A stretch of 55,287 nucleotides of DNA from Limisphaerales bacterium (GTDB lineage Bacteria; Verrucomicrobiota; Verrucomicrobiia; Limisphaerales; CANJXF01): positions 1-55,287 of the forward strand of contig JBKJOZ010000377.1 of the NCBI GenBank assembly GCA_046595315.1, written 5' to 3'. The position numbers and the translations under genes were made by a program. Below, one piece after another: positions 1 to 9,281 of the stretch (position 1 is the first letter of the stretch; each line of letters starts with the position of its first letter). Below the pieces are notes generated by a model, which worked only from the letters and a program-made list of their open reading frames with translations, searched no databases and was not told where the DNA came from.

Positions 1-2262
1 GCGCCGGTAAATTGGTGCGAAGAACTCGGAACCGTTTTGGCCAACGAAGAAGTCATCGACGGCAAAAGCGAAGTCGGTGGATTCCCCGTTGTGCGCCGAC
101 CGATGCGACAATGGATGCTCCGCATCACCGCCTTCGCCGAACGTTTGTTGAACGATTTGGACGGAATTGATTGGAGCCATTCGCTCAAAGAAATGCAGCG
201 CAATTGGATTGGGCGCAGTGAAGGAGCAGAAGTGGATTTTCAGGTCGCAGGATCGAACGAAAAAATCCGCGTGTTCACCACGCGCTCCGACACGTTGTTC
301 GGCGCAACTTACATGGTTCTCGCGCCGGAGCATAAGCTTGTGGATGAAATCGCTCCAAACGAGTGGCCGTCGAACACTCCCGACAGATGGAAAGGTTATA
401 ACAAATCTGCACAGGAAAATCCGCAATCTGCAATCACTGCTTACCGAGCCACTACAGCAAGCAAAAGCGACATTGAACGAGCAGAGTTATCAAAGAATAA
501 AACCGGCGTTTTTACAGGTGCATATGCAATTAACCCTGTTAACGGTAAATCTATTCCAATCTGGATTGCCGACTACGTTCTCGCCAGTTATGGGACGGGC
601 GCCATCATGGCTGTTCCCGCCCATGATGAACGAGATTTCGCTTTTGCACGTCAGTTCCAGCTTTTAATACAAGCAGTCGTTTCTCCGCCGAAAAATTGGT
701 TTTTAGAAAATTTGTATGAGAAAGACACGGGACAAAAACTTTCAGAAATTACGGATCAGCAGCTTCACGACTTTCAAAGTTATTATTCGCGAGATGCAGG
801 AGCAATGCCCACCGCATTTACAGATTGCGGGGTCGCAATCAATTCTAACAACGTTGATATTTCACTGAACGGATTGCCAACCTCCCACGCCAAAAAGAAA
901 ATCACCGACTGGCTCGAAGCAAAAGGTCTCGGCAAAAAAACCATCAACTACAAACTGCGCGACTGGCTTTTCAGCCGTCAGCGTTATTGGGGCGAGCCGT
1001 TCCCGATTATTTGGAAGCGCGACGCGAACGGACCTAGCGGTCAGCCACTTTATCACGAAGCGTTGCCGGAATCCGCGTTGCCATTGATGCCGCCAGAACT
1101 CACCGATTACAAACCCGCGCCCGGTGGCGAACCGCCGCTCTCTCGCGCCAAAGATTGGATGAATTTGCCTGACGGCTCAATTCGCGAAACGAACACGATG
1201 CCGCAATGGGCGGGCAGTTGTTGGTATTATCTGCGTTATCTTGATGCGCAAAATTCGGAAAATTTTGTTGGCGAAGAAGCGGATAATTATTGGATGGCGT
1301 CCAATGGCAAATCCGCCGGAGTAGATTTGTATGTCGGTGGCACGGAACACGCCGTTCTTCATCTGCTTTACGCGCGGTTCTGGCACAAAGTTTTGTTCGA
1401 CCTCGGCTACGTTTCGACGCCCGAACCGTTTTTCAAACTTGTCAATCAAGGACTCATTCTCGGCGAAGACGGACAAAAAATGTCGAAATCGCGCGGCAAC
1501 GTCGTCAATCCCGACGACGTCATCGGCGAATACGGCGCCGACGCTTTTCGCCTTTACGAAATGTTCATGGGCCCGCTCGAAATGGTGAAGCCGTGGAACA
1601 CGAATGGCGTTGCGGGCGTTTATAAATTTCTTGGTCGCGTCTGGCGTCTGTTCGTCGATGAAAAAAGCGAAACCGAATTTGAACAAGCTGAATCAACCAC
1701 AGAGGCACAGAGGCACAGAGAGTTGTTGGAGAAAATCCAGTTGAGCGCGACGATCAAAGATGTTCCCGCTTCACCGTCGCAACTCAAGACGCTTCACGCC
1801 TGCATCAAAAAAGTCACGGATGATTTGGATGGAATGCGTTTTAACACCGCGATTTCCGCGATGATGGTTTTTGTGAACGACGCGATTGTTTGGGAGACGA
1901 AACCAGTTTCGGTGCTGCGAGATTTTTTAATTTTGCTCCAACCGTTCTCGCCCCATCTAGCCGAAGAACTTTGGGAAAAATTGAACCCCGACCAAAAAAT
2001 TGCATTGGCGTATGTAGATTGGCCGAAATTCGATGCGGCGTTGTTGATCGAAAATGAGATCGAAATTCCAATTCAAGTGAACGGAAAATTGCGCGACCGC
2101 CTCGTGCTTTCTGCCGATGCGACTCACAAAGAACTCGAAGGGGCTGCTCTGGCGAGCGACAAGGTCAAACCATTCCTCGAGGGAATGGCAATCAAGAAAA
2201 TCATCGTGGTCCCGAAAAAATTGGTAAACATCGTTGCGGCATACCCCCCGTCCGATAGTTGA
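1..2262 (+). CDS. leuS: Leucine--tRNA ligase, C-terminal ~753 aa (5' end outside window)
   Basis: Frame 1 is open from nt 1 (APVNWCEELGTVLANEEV...) to the stop at 2260-2262. It has the class-I KMSKS loop (GQKMSKSRGN) and LeuRS-typical segments TTRSDTLFGATYMVLAPEH and AVPAHDERDFAFA. Confidence 0.97.
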   Translation, partial: APVNWCEELGTVLANEEVIDGKSEVGGFPVVRRPMRQWMLRITAFAERLLNDLDGIDWSHSLKEMQRNWIGRSEGAEVDFQVAGSNEKIRVFTTRSDTLFGATYMVLAPEHKLVDEIAPNEWPSNTPDRWKGYNKSAQENPQSAITAYRATTASKSDIERAELSKNKTGVFTGAYAINPVNGKSIPIWIADYVLASYGTGAIMAVPAHDERDFAFARQFQLLIQAVVSPPKNWFLENLYEKDTGQKLSEITDQQLHDFQSYYSRDAGAMPTAFTDCGVAINSNNVDISLNGLPTSHAKKKITDWLEAKGLGKKTINYKLRDWLFSRQRYWGEPFPIIWKRDANGPSGQPLYHEALPESALPLMPPELTDYKPAPGGEPPLSRAKDWMNLPDGSIRETNTMPQWAGSCWYYLRYLDAQNSENFVGEEADNYWMASNGKSAGVDLYVGGTEHAVLHLLYARFWHKVLFDLGYVSTPEPFFKLVNQGLILGEDGQKMSKSRGNVVNPDDVIGEYGADAFRLYEMFMGPLEMVKPWNTNGVAGVYKFLGRVWRLFVDEKSETEFEQAESTTEAQRHRELLEKIQLSATIKDVPASPSQLKTLHACIKKVTDDLDGMRFNTAISAMMVFVNDAIVWETKPVSVLRDFLILLQPFSPHLAEELWEKLNPDQKIALAYVDWPKFDAALLIENEIEIPIQVNGKLRDRLVLSADATHKELEGAALASDKVKPFLEGMAIKKIIVVPKKLVNIVAAYPPSDS
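1698..1721 (+). repeat. 8-nt tandem repeat (CACAGAGG x2 + CACAGAGA) inside leuS
   Basis: Read directly from the sequence. The 24 nt total keeps the reading frame and encodes part of TTEAQRHRE. Confidence 0.9.
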
Positions 2263-2303
2263 CAACATTTCCACGAGAGGCGTAATTTGTTCGCGAAACC
2301 ACT

Positions 2304-2834
2304 ATGAAAAATAAAATTCTTTCTGTAATCGCCTCTGTGGCGTGCTTCTTTTTTATCAACGCGGCCCACTCAGCCACGCCAAAAACGGGCGACAAAGCTC
2401 CGTTAGTCGAAGGCAAAAATCAGGATGGAAAAAACTGGAAATTGAGCGAGGCGATTGGTAAAAAAAATGTGCTGCTCTATTTCTATCCTAAAGACGACAC
2501 ATCCGGTTGTACGAAACAGGCCTGCGGATTGCGCGATCGCATGGGCGACTTTAAAAAAGATGGCGTTGAAGTCATCGGCGTGAGCTTTGATTCCTCCGAG
2601 AGCCATCAGAAATTCATCCAAAAGTATAATTTAAATTTCCCGCTTCTCGCTGATACGGACGGAAAAATTGCCGATGCTTATGGCGTCCGCCGTGAGGCCG
2701 GAAAAAACATGGCGCGCCGCGTCAGTTTTCTCATTGGTAAAGACGGAAGAATCGCACACGTCACCGACAGTCCAAGCGCCGATGTTCACTTGGCCGAAAT
2801 GAAAGATGCCATGGGAAAATTGACAAAAAAATAA
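2304..2834 (+). CDS. bcp: Bcp/PrxQ-type thiol peroxidase with N-terminal signal-like segment
   Basis: 176 aa with a hydrophobic N-terminus (ILSVIASVACFFFINAAHSA). The peroxiredoxin core YFYPKDDTSGCTKQACGL has the CxxxxC spacing typical of Bcp. Confidence 0.85.
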   Translation: MKNKILSVIASVACFFFINAAHSATPKTGDKAPLVEGKNQDGKNWKLSEAIGKKNVLLYFYPKDDTSGCTKQACGLRDRMGDFKKDGVEVIGVSFDSSESHQKFIQKYNLNFPLLADTDGKIADAYGVRREAGKNMARRVSFLIGKDGRIAHVTDSPSADVHLAEMKDAMGKLTKK

Positions 2835-2837
2835 GCG

Positions 2838-4706
2838 TCAATTTTTTAAACTGTCATCGAGTTTCAAACTTCTTCCGATAAACATTCGCCACCAAAGTTC
2901 CAGCCAAAGCAGCGTCCAGATTTGATGGGTATGATCTGCGCCAGCTTTGTGTTGCTTCAATGTTTTTGAAATGCAATCGCGATTGAACCACCCGATTTTC
3001 ACGATTTCGCCTTCCAGTAATAGATTGGAAACCACGGGCGCGAATTCTCTTCTTAACCAGTGTTTGAGCGGCAAAGCAAATCCGCGCTTGGGTCGGTAAA
3101 TGACTTCATGCGGCAGGTAGCGTTCCGAAAGTTTCTTGAGTAAATATTTTTGGCAACCGCCCTTGACCTTCAACATCGGATCGATGGATTCAGACAAACG
3201 GCTTATTTCATAGTCCAACAGCGGGCTCCTCAATTCCAGCGCGCTCTTCATTGAGGCGACATCGACCTTGATCAAATAATCATTCGGCAAACGGCCCACA
3301 ATCGTGAGCAACAAATTTTGATCAATGATGCTCAATCCCTTGAGCGCGGATTGGTATTCAGAAAAAATATGATGTGGCTCGTGGTTTCCTAAAAGTGATT
3401 TGAATTGAGGTGTGTAGAGATCTTTTTTGGCGGATGGAGTCCAGCCTTGAGTATAGCTGTGACGAATTGCGGGATTGTCGCTACCATGAACCGAAAGTGT
3501 TTTCAGTTTTTGGATCCCGATATTTCCGAGAGCGCGGATGGTGGATTGTGGCAAAAAGCGATTGAGTTGATGCGAATACCACGAGGCGCGCGCGATGTCG
3601 TAGCCGCCGAACATTTCGTCGCCGCCATCGCCAGTGAGCGCGACGGTCACAAATTGTCGCGCGGCTTTGGAAACGTAATATGTGGGAATGGCGGACGAAT
3701 CTCCAAACGGTTCGCCGTATTCCCAAACGAGCGAGGGGAGAATTTCCAGCACGTCGGGTTTAAGAATAATTTCCTGATGCTCAGTTTTGTAGCGGGCGGC
3801 CACGGCGCGGGAATATTCCAGTTCAGAAAAATCCGCTTCTTCAAAACCGATGGAAAAAGTTTTCGCCGGCTTGTCGCTAAGCTGGCTCATCAAGGCGACA
3901 ATCAAACTGGAATCAATTCCGCCGCTCAAAAATGCGCCCAGCGGAACATCGCTGACGAGACGGCGTTTGACAGCGCCGCGCAATTCGACGTCGATCCGTT
4001 CCAAAACTTCAGGTTCAGAAAATTTTTCTTTGCCGCGAAACGACGGCTGCCAATAACGAATTTCTTTCGAGCCATTCACGTTGAAAATGGTGTAATGCGC
4101 CGGTTTGATTTTTTGAACTTCATTGAAAATGCAGTGGTGTTGCGTCGGAGAAAGATGATGCAAAAAACAATCAATCGCCTCCGGATTGATGGTCAACTTG
4201 GACGACTGTGTTTGCCAAAACGCTTTGATGTCCGAGGCGAATTGAACCGACCCGCCTTGTTCCGTGTAAAAAAGCGGTTTCTTGCCAAAACGGTCGCGGG
4301 CCAAAATTAACGTTTTTTTTCGTGCGTCCCAGATTCCGATGGCGAACATGCCGTTGAGTTTGGAAAAAAGATTTTCGCCCCATTTTTCGTAACCGTGAAC
4401 GATAACTTCGGTATCCGACCTCGATTGAAACTGATGATCGTGCAGTTGCTCGCGCAGTTCCTGAAAATTGTAGATCTCGCCGTTGAAAACAACCCAGACC
4501 GATTTGTCTTCGTTGGGCATCGGCTGGTTTCCATTTGCTGAAAGGTCGATAATTTTCAGCCGACGATGGCCGAGCCCTACATTCTGGTGGAGAAATTCAC
4601 CCCCAAAATCCGGTCCGCGATTGACCATCACGTCGCGCATTGCGACCAGTTCCGATTGGTTCACAGGCTGGCCGCTGAAATTCACGATTCCGCAGATGGC
4701 GCACAT
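2838..4706 (-). CDS. asnB: Asparagine synthase (glutamine-hydrolysing) family amidotransferase, likely the EPS-locus-associated paralogue
   Basis: 622 aa. The Ntn-amidotransferase start MCAICGIV resembles E. coli AsnB MCSIFGVF, and the PP-loop LSGGIDSS is present. It sits at the edge of the glycan locus, convergent with bcp (3-nt gap). Confidence 0.9.
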   Translation of the reverse strand: MCAICGIVNFSGQPVNQSELVAMRDVMVNRGPDFGGEFLHQNVGLGHRRLKIIDLSANGNQPMPNEDKSVWVVFNGEIYNFQELREQLHDHQFQSRSDTEVIVHGYEKWGENLFSKLNGMFAIGIWDARKKTLILARDRFGKKPLFYTEQGGSVQFASDIKAFWQTQSSKLTINPEAIDCFLHHLSPTQHHCIFNEVQKIKPAHYTIFNVNGSKEIRYWQPSFRGKEKFSEPEVLERIDVELRGAVKRRLVSDVPLGAFLSGGIDSSLIVALMSQLSDKPAKTFSIGFEEADFSELEYSRAVAARYKTEHQEIILKPDVLEILPSLVWEYGEPFGDSSAIPTYYVSKAARQFVTVALTGDGGDEMFGGYDIARASWYSHQLNRFLPQSTIRALGNIGIQKLKTLSVHGSDNPAIRHSYTQGWTPSAKKDLYTPQFKSLLGNHEPHHIFSEYQSALKGLSIIDQNLLLTIVGRLPNDYLIKVDVASMKSALELRSPLLDYEISRLSESIDPMLKVKGGCQKYLLKKLSERYLPHEVIYRPKRGFALPLKHWLRREFAPVVSNLLLEGEIVKIGWFNRDCISKTLKQHKAGADHTHQIWTLLWLELWWRMFIGRSLKLDDSLKN

Positions 4707-4869
4707 TTCAGTGAGTTTATCTGGAAATGGACAGGCGGGTCAAAACATCGTGCGAACATAAATGTTGCTCGCAAACCGACTGAAAAATGAAGTAAACTCG
4801 ATTCATGAATAATTCCCTGTTTCGCAAAATCGGCGCAGTTCATCAGCCGGAATTTAATTCTTAATTTGT
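4707..4869. promoter_or_regulatory. Divergent intergenic region between asnB-like gene and the + strand glycan operon (promoters inferred from gene orientation only)
   Basis: A 163-nt non-coding gap between divergently oriented genes. No consensus promoter elements could be assigned by eye. It contains a 19-codon uORF (4805-4864). Confidence 0.3.
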
Positions 4870-6030
4870 ATGGGAATTGTTCGTCTGCTTCTCGCGCTCG
4901 CCGTTGTTATCTCGCACATGAGCGAGAGTCTGCCGCTTTTTGCTCGAACGTTACCGGGGTATGTAGCGGTGGAAGGTTTTTATATTATTTCAGGCTTCTA
5001 CATGGCGTTGATCCTAAACGGCAAATACAATTTTCCGGGTTCGACGTGGATTTTTTACAAACAACGCTATCTCAGGCTGGTGCCGATGTATTGGGTCGCG
5101 GCAATTTGTGTCCTCGGGATTGGTGCTCTCTATAGTTTTCGAGCGAACCACATTGTGGGAAAGCTGGAAGCATGGTCTCAATTTGGGGGCAATTTTTCGT
5201 TCTCCACGTTGCTTTTTCTTTGCGTTTCGCAAGCCACAATGCTTGGGCTTGATTCAGTGATGTTTTTGGGATTGTCGGGCGATCCCCTGACAATGCACTT
5301 CACGACTAATTGGGCGGCGGAGCAATTGCCCGCTGTGAAATTCATGCTGGTTCCGCCAGCCTGGAGTTTATCGGTTGAATTGTTATTTTATCTGGTTGCT
5401 CCATTCATCGTGCGCCGCAGCGTGCGCTTTCAACTCGCCTTCGTTGCGTTTACTTTTGCGCTTAGAATTTCCGCCGCTCAGATGTTCAACCTTTCCGAAG
5501 ACCCATGGCACAATCGATTCTTTCCCTTTGAAGCAGGACTTTTTGTTCTGGGATCACTCGCTTACCGCTTTCTTCCCCGTGCGGAAAATTTCATCCGAAG
5601 CCAACCCGTAACGCGCCATGCCTTCACGCTGGCGATGTGCGCTGCCGTTTTTTTCTACAAAGGCGTTCCCCTGCCTGAAGAAATGCGTCGTTGGGGATTT
5701 CTGGCGCTGACGCTATTGTCAATCCCGCTGCTCTTTGCCGCAACACAACGCAACGTCGCTGATCGAAAAATCGGTGAAATTTCCTATCCACTTTATCTTT
5801 TGCACCCCATCACTCTGTTCGCAGCCGAACCAATTTTAAGAAGATTGCACGGATTGCCCCAGGAAATTGCTATTTTGACAGTGCCGATAGTTGTTGCTGT
5901 TGGCGCATACGTCCTCATCGAAAGGCCATTTGAAGCATGGCGAAGCAGATTTTTTGAACGCCAACTCAAGAGTCAGACAAGACCTTCTTTTTCGGAAGCC
6001 GAACAACCTGCTTTGACAAAATCCGAGTAA
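4870..6030 (+). CDS. Acyltransferase family 3 (OafA/WecH-like integral membrane O-acyltransferase)
   Basis: 386 aa and polytopic (about 10 hydrophobic segments). The N-terminal RLLLALAVVISH-type motif and overall pattern resemble acyltransferase_3. An in-frame stop lies 12 nt upstream of the ATG. Confidence 0.8.
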   Translation: MGIVRLLLALAVVISHMSESLPLFARTLPGYVAVEGFYIISGFYMALILNGKYNFPGSTWIFYKQRYLRLVPMYWVAAICVLGIGALYSFRANHIVGKLEAWSQFGGNFSFSTLLFLCVSQATMLGLDSVMFLGLSGDPLTMHFTTNWAAEQLPAVKFMLVPPAWSLSVELLFYLVAPFIVRRSVRFQLAFVAFTFALRISAAQMFNLSEDPWHNRFFPFEAGLFVLGSLAYRFLPRAENFIRSQPVTRHAFTLAMCAAVFFYKGVPLPEEMRRWGFLALTLLSIPLLFAATQRNVADRKIGEISYPLYLLHPITLFAAEPILRRLHGLPQEIAILTVPIVVAVGAYVLIERPFEAWRSRFFERQLKSQTRPSFSEAEQPALTKSE

Positions 6031-6121
6031 TATCTCGCCGATTCGCGCCGTTTTCGGTTCACCTTACGTTTCCTTGATACAATGCTCGCCCTGTTGTTAC
6101 ACTTTTGGCACCTTCAACTGG

Positions 6122-6985
6122 ATGAGTGCGAAAAGTGAAGTTATGTCCGAGCTACAAACCGTCGAGCGTGTGATACGCCCAAAGAACGGCTTGGCGGCGC
6201 TCGACTTTTCTGAACTTTGGCGGTACCGCGAACTTTTCCTGCAACTCGCATGGAGAAACGTTCTCATCCGTTACAAGCAAACGTATCTCGGAATTTCATG
6301 GGCTATCTTACAACCATTGCTGACGACCGTCGTTTTCACCATCATCTTTGGCAAAATCGCGAAACTGCCAGACCTAGGAGTGCCTTATGCAGTGCTGACC
6401 TTCGCCGGATTGATTCCATGGCAATTTTTTGCGAACGCGTTGACTGAAAGCAGCAACTCACTGGTGATGTCCCAGAACATGGTGACAAAAATCTATTTTC
6501 CGCGAGTCGTCCTTCCTACAGCCGCAGTTCTGAGTGGCTGCATGGATTTTCTAATCACGCTCGGTTTGCTCGTGGGATTTATGATTTGGTATTCAATCCC
6601 GCCTACGCCTTATCTGTTTTTGCTTCCCTTATTTTTTGCAGCGGCTTTTCTTGCTTCGATGGCGGTCGGAATCTGGTTCAGCGCGCTCAATGTTAAATAT
6701 CGCGACGTAAAATACATTGTGCCGTTCATCGTGCGAATCGGTTTCTTCGCCAGTCCCGTCGCATTCTTGTCAAACCTGACCGTGCCGGAAAAGTGGCGGT
6801 TTTGCTACAACTCCTTGAATCCGATGGCTGGAATCATCGAAGGCTTTCGCTTTTGCATTTTGGGACCAAAATTTCAACCGTATTGGCCCGGCTTCTGGGC
6901 GGGTATGGCTGTCGTGTTGTTTCTTCTGGTCACGGGTGCGTATTATTTTCGCACCACGGAAAAAACTTTTGCCGATGTCATTTAA
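6122..6985 (+). CDS. wzm: ABC-2 type polysaccharide export permease (Wzm/TagG-like)
   Basis: About 287 aa from ATG 6122; the ORF track begins at TTG 6074. It has six hydrophobic segments and the motifs YRELFLQLAWRNVLIRYKQTYLGISWAILQPLL and VKYRDVKYIVPF. It is directly followed by the ATPase gene. Confidence 0.85.
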   Translation: MSAKSEVMSELQTVERVIRPKNGLAALDFSELWRYRELFLQLAWRNVLIRYKQTYLGISWAILQPLLTTVVFTIIFGKIAKLPDLGVPYAVLTFAGLIPWQFFANALTESSNSLVMSQNMVTKIYFPRVVLPTAAVLSGCMDFLITLGLLVGFMIWYSIPPTPYLFLLPLFFAAAFLASMAVGIWFSALNVKYRDVKYIVPFIVRIGFFASPVAFLSNLTVPEKWRFCYNSLNPMAGIIEGFRFCILGPKFQPYWPGFWAGMAVVLFLLVTGAYYFRTTEKTFADVI

Positions 6986-6987
6986 GC

Positions 6988-8310
6988 ATGTCCGCCACCA
7001 TCATTTCAGTCCGTAATCTTGGAAAACAATATCGCTTGGGCGCTGCGTTAGCCCATGACAGCTTACGCGACCAAATTGCGCACAGCCTCAGAAACATCAC
7101 TTCAGCCTTTCGGAAAAATGAATCGGAAAAACCAACACGCACCAACGAATTTTGGGCGTTAAAAGATGTTTCTTTCGACGTGAAGGAAGGCGACGTCATC
7201 GGCATTATCGGACGGAATGGCGCGGGGAAATCCACTTTACTCAAAATTCTCAGCCAAATCACCGAACCCACTTGCGGCGAGATTCGCGTGCGTGGCCGCA
7301 TCGCCAGCCTTTTGGAAGTCGGCACTGGCTTTCATCCCGAACTCAGCGGACGAGAAAATATTTTCTTGAACGGCGCAATTCTAGGAATGAAGAAACGGGA
7401 GATTCAAGCGAAGTTCGATGAGATCGTTGAATTTTCTGAAGTCGAAAAATTTCTCGACACACCAGTCAAACGATATTCCTCCGGCATGTATGTGAAACTC
7501 GCTTTTGCTGTCGCCGCACATTTGGAACCGGAAATTCTCGTGGTCGATGAAGTGCTTGCAGTGGGGGACATCCAATTTCAAAAAAAATGTCTCGGGAAAA
7601 TGGCGGATGTTTCACGCTCTGGGCGCACTGTTCTTTTTGTCAGCCACAATCTTGCGGCCGTGCAAAAACTTTGCACTCGGGGAATTCTGCTGGAGCAAGG
7701 CATTTTGAAACATGACGGCGAAACCGCCGATTGCATTGCAAAATATCTTCGAGGCACCAAAGAAGTTCATGGCGAATTTCTCGGATACAATGTGGTCAAC
7801 GATGTTCTGGAGCGTCAGGCAACCGACGCTCCTATCCGAATCACTGAAATCGAAATGTTCAATTCGGAGCAACAACCGCTGCAACATCTGAACACGAACG
7901 AAAGTTTTACGTTGCGCACACATTACGCGTGCAAAGGGGATTTCGCGCGCGGCGCCGTGTCGTTCATGATCAGCATCAAGACGCATCTCGGCCAGGAGAT
8001 TTGCCGTCTCAGCACCATGCCCATCAGCGGCTACAACATTGATGAACTCGGCCAAGCAGGATATTTAGATTTGAAGGTTTGCAATCTACCGTTGGTCGGC
8101 GGGCGCTATTTATTAGATGTAAAAATTTTTCGACCCGCAGTCGAAACAATTCTAGTTCTGCCGGAAGTCGTCGCGTTTGAAGTTGCACCAACCGACGTTT
8201 ACAACAGCGGAATCGGAATGGATCAAACCCGCGGACTGTTCGTGGTCAACCACTGTTGGAACCATCACATCAGCGAACCCAAACAAAAACTGGAACCGGC
8301 GCAATCATGA
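6988..8310 (+). CDS. wzt: Polysaccharide ABC exporter ATP-binding protein (Wzt/TagH-like) with ~190-aa C-terminal extension
   Basis: ATG at 6988, 2 nt after the wzm stop. It has Walker A GRNGAGKST, signature YSSGMYVKLAFA and Walker B ILVVDEVLAVGD. The C-terminal part (from about nt 7735) is predicted beta-rich, as in Wzt carbohydrate-binding domains. Confidence 0.9.
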   Translation: MSATIISVRNLGKQYRLGAALAHDSLRDQIAHSLRNITSAFRKNESEKPTRTNEFWALKDVSFDVKEGDVIGIIGRNGAGKSTLLKILSQITEPTCGEIRVRGRIASLLEVGTGFHPELSGRENIFLNGAILGMKKREIQAKFDEIVEFSEVEKFLDTPVKRYSSGMYVKLAFAVAAHLEPEILVVDEVLAVGDIQFQKKCLGKMADVSRSGRTVLFVSHNLAAVQKLCTRGILLEQGILKHDGETADCIAKYLRGTKEVHGEFLGYNVVNDVLERQATDAPIRITEIEMFNSEQQPLQHLNTNESFTLRTHYACKGDFARGAVSFMISIKTHLGQEICRLSTMPISGYNIDELGQAGYLDLKVCNLPLVGGRYLLDVKIFRPAVETILVLPEVVAFEVAPTDVYNSGIGMDQTRGLFVVNHCWNHHISEPKQKLEPAQS

Positions 8311-9275
8311 TCGGCTTTGGTAAAAAAGTTTTAAAATCCTGCGGCTTCCGGCGCGAGGAACTCCAATCCCTCTGGCTCCAGTTGAATTGCCTCGTTCCCC
8401 TGAAATATCTGCACGTTTGGATTTCGCAACCTGCGTTATTTATTCGCTGGTTTCAAAACAAGCTCGCCGGTCGAACCATTGTTTGTTTCCCAGATCAACC
8501 CCGCGAGCTTGGCTACGAAATTGTCAAAATCAGCCTGATTCTTGGCCTGCGAATTCGCAAGGAATCCGAGCGGCCTCATCTTGGATTGGCTTGGCAGGAC
8601 ACGACCGTCCGAACTTGTTCGTTGCCGCCAAAACCCGCTTATTTTCTCAACAGTCGCTGCCCGGATATTGGCAAAGATAAAATCGAAGAAGTGTTTGAAT
8701 CCGTTTTCGGCTACCCGCTGCGCATTGATCCGACCAAACACAACGGCACTTGCGCCAGAAAATCGGTGCTCAACGCCAAGCACGACGGCATCGTGGTGAA
8801 TTGCCCGATTGAAAAATCTGACCCCGGCTACGTCTATCAACGGCTCATCAATAATAAATTCGATGACGAACACATTTTCGATCTACGCACGCCTTACTAT
8901 CGCAACACGCTCCCGTTGGTTTATCGAAAACTTCGTCCGATCAAAACGCGTTTCAAAGACGCCAACACGAAGGTGGAACTTTTTCGCACGGAAGATGTTT
9001 TTTCCCCCGCCGAACGCGAACTTCTGCTCAAATTTGGCCGCGCCCTCGATTTGGATTATGGCGGCTTTGACGTTTTGCGCGACGTGGGCACGAATAAAAT
9101 TTACGTGGTCGATGTCAACACGACTCCGTTTGGTCCTCCGGTTGAACTTTCCGCGAGCGATCGGAAAACTGCTCTCGCTATTCTCGCTCCAACTTTTCAA
9201 CAACAATTCATTGATGCGTTTCCCCAGATCGTGCGTGAGCGAACTGCTCGTTCAACGCCAGTTGATTTGAAATAA
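8307..9275 (+). CDS. Hypothetical protein, ATP-grasp-like C-terminal half
   Basis: ATG 8307 overlaps the wzt stop (ATGA). The C-terminal GGFDVLRDVGTNKIYVVDVNTTPFGPP resembles the Mg/ATP-binding end of ATP-grasp ligases (xExN..P, with D in place of E). The N-terminal half is unassigned. Confidence 0.5.
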   Translation: MIGFGKKVLKSCGFRREELQSLWLQLNCLVPLKYLHVWISQPALFIRWFQNKLAGRTIVCFPDQPRELGYEIVKISLILGLRIRKESERPHLGLAWQDTTVRTCSLPPKPAYFLNSRCPDIGKDKIEEVFESVFGYPLRIDPTKHNGTCARKSVLNAKHDGIVVNCPIEKSDPGYVYQRLINNKFDDEHIFDLRTPYYRNTLPLVYRKLRPIKTRFKDANTKVELFRTEDVFSPAERELLLKFGRALDLDYGGFDVLRDVGTNKIYVVDVNTTPFGPPVELSASDRKTALAILAPTFQQQFIDAFPQIVRERTARSTPVDLK

Positions 9276-9281
9276 ATACCA

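Noticed and set aside
1698-1721. An 8-nt tandem repeat in leuS, considered as a possible slipped-strand contingency site.
   Set aside because: The three copies sum to 24 nt and are in frame in an essential gene. There are no homopolymeric or higher-copy features, so it is most likely a fixed ancient duplication.
3405-4310. A 301-aa ORF antisense to the asnB-like gene.
   Set aside because: The opposite strand encodes a strongly recognisable AsnB-family protein. The antisense product is low-complexity (R/F/G-rich) with no motifs, which is typical of a shadow ORF.
4805-4864. A 19-codon uORF (MNNSLFRKIGAVHQPEFNS) ending 5 nt before the acyltransferase_3 start.
   Set aside because: It could be a leader peptide, but there is no attenuator structure, conservation or ribosome-binding evidence that I can see.
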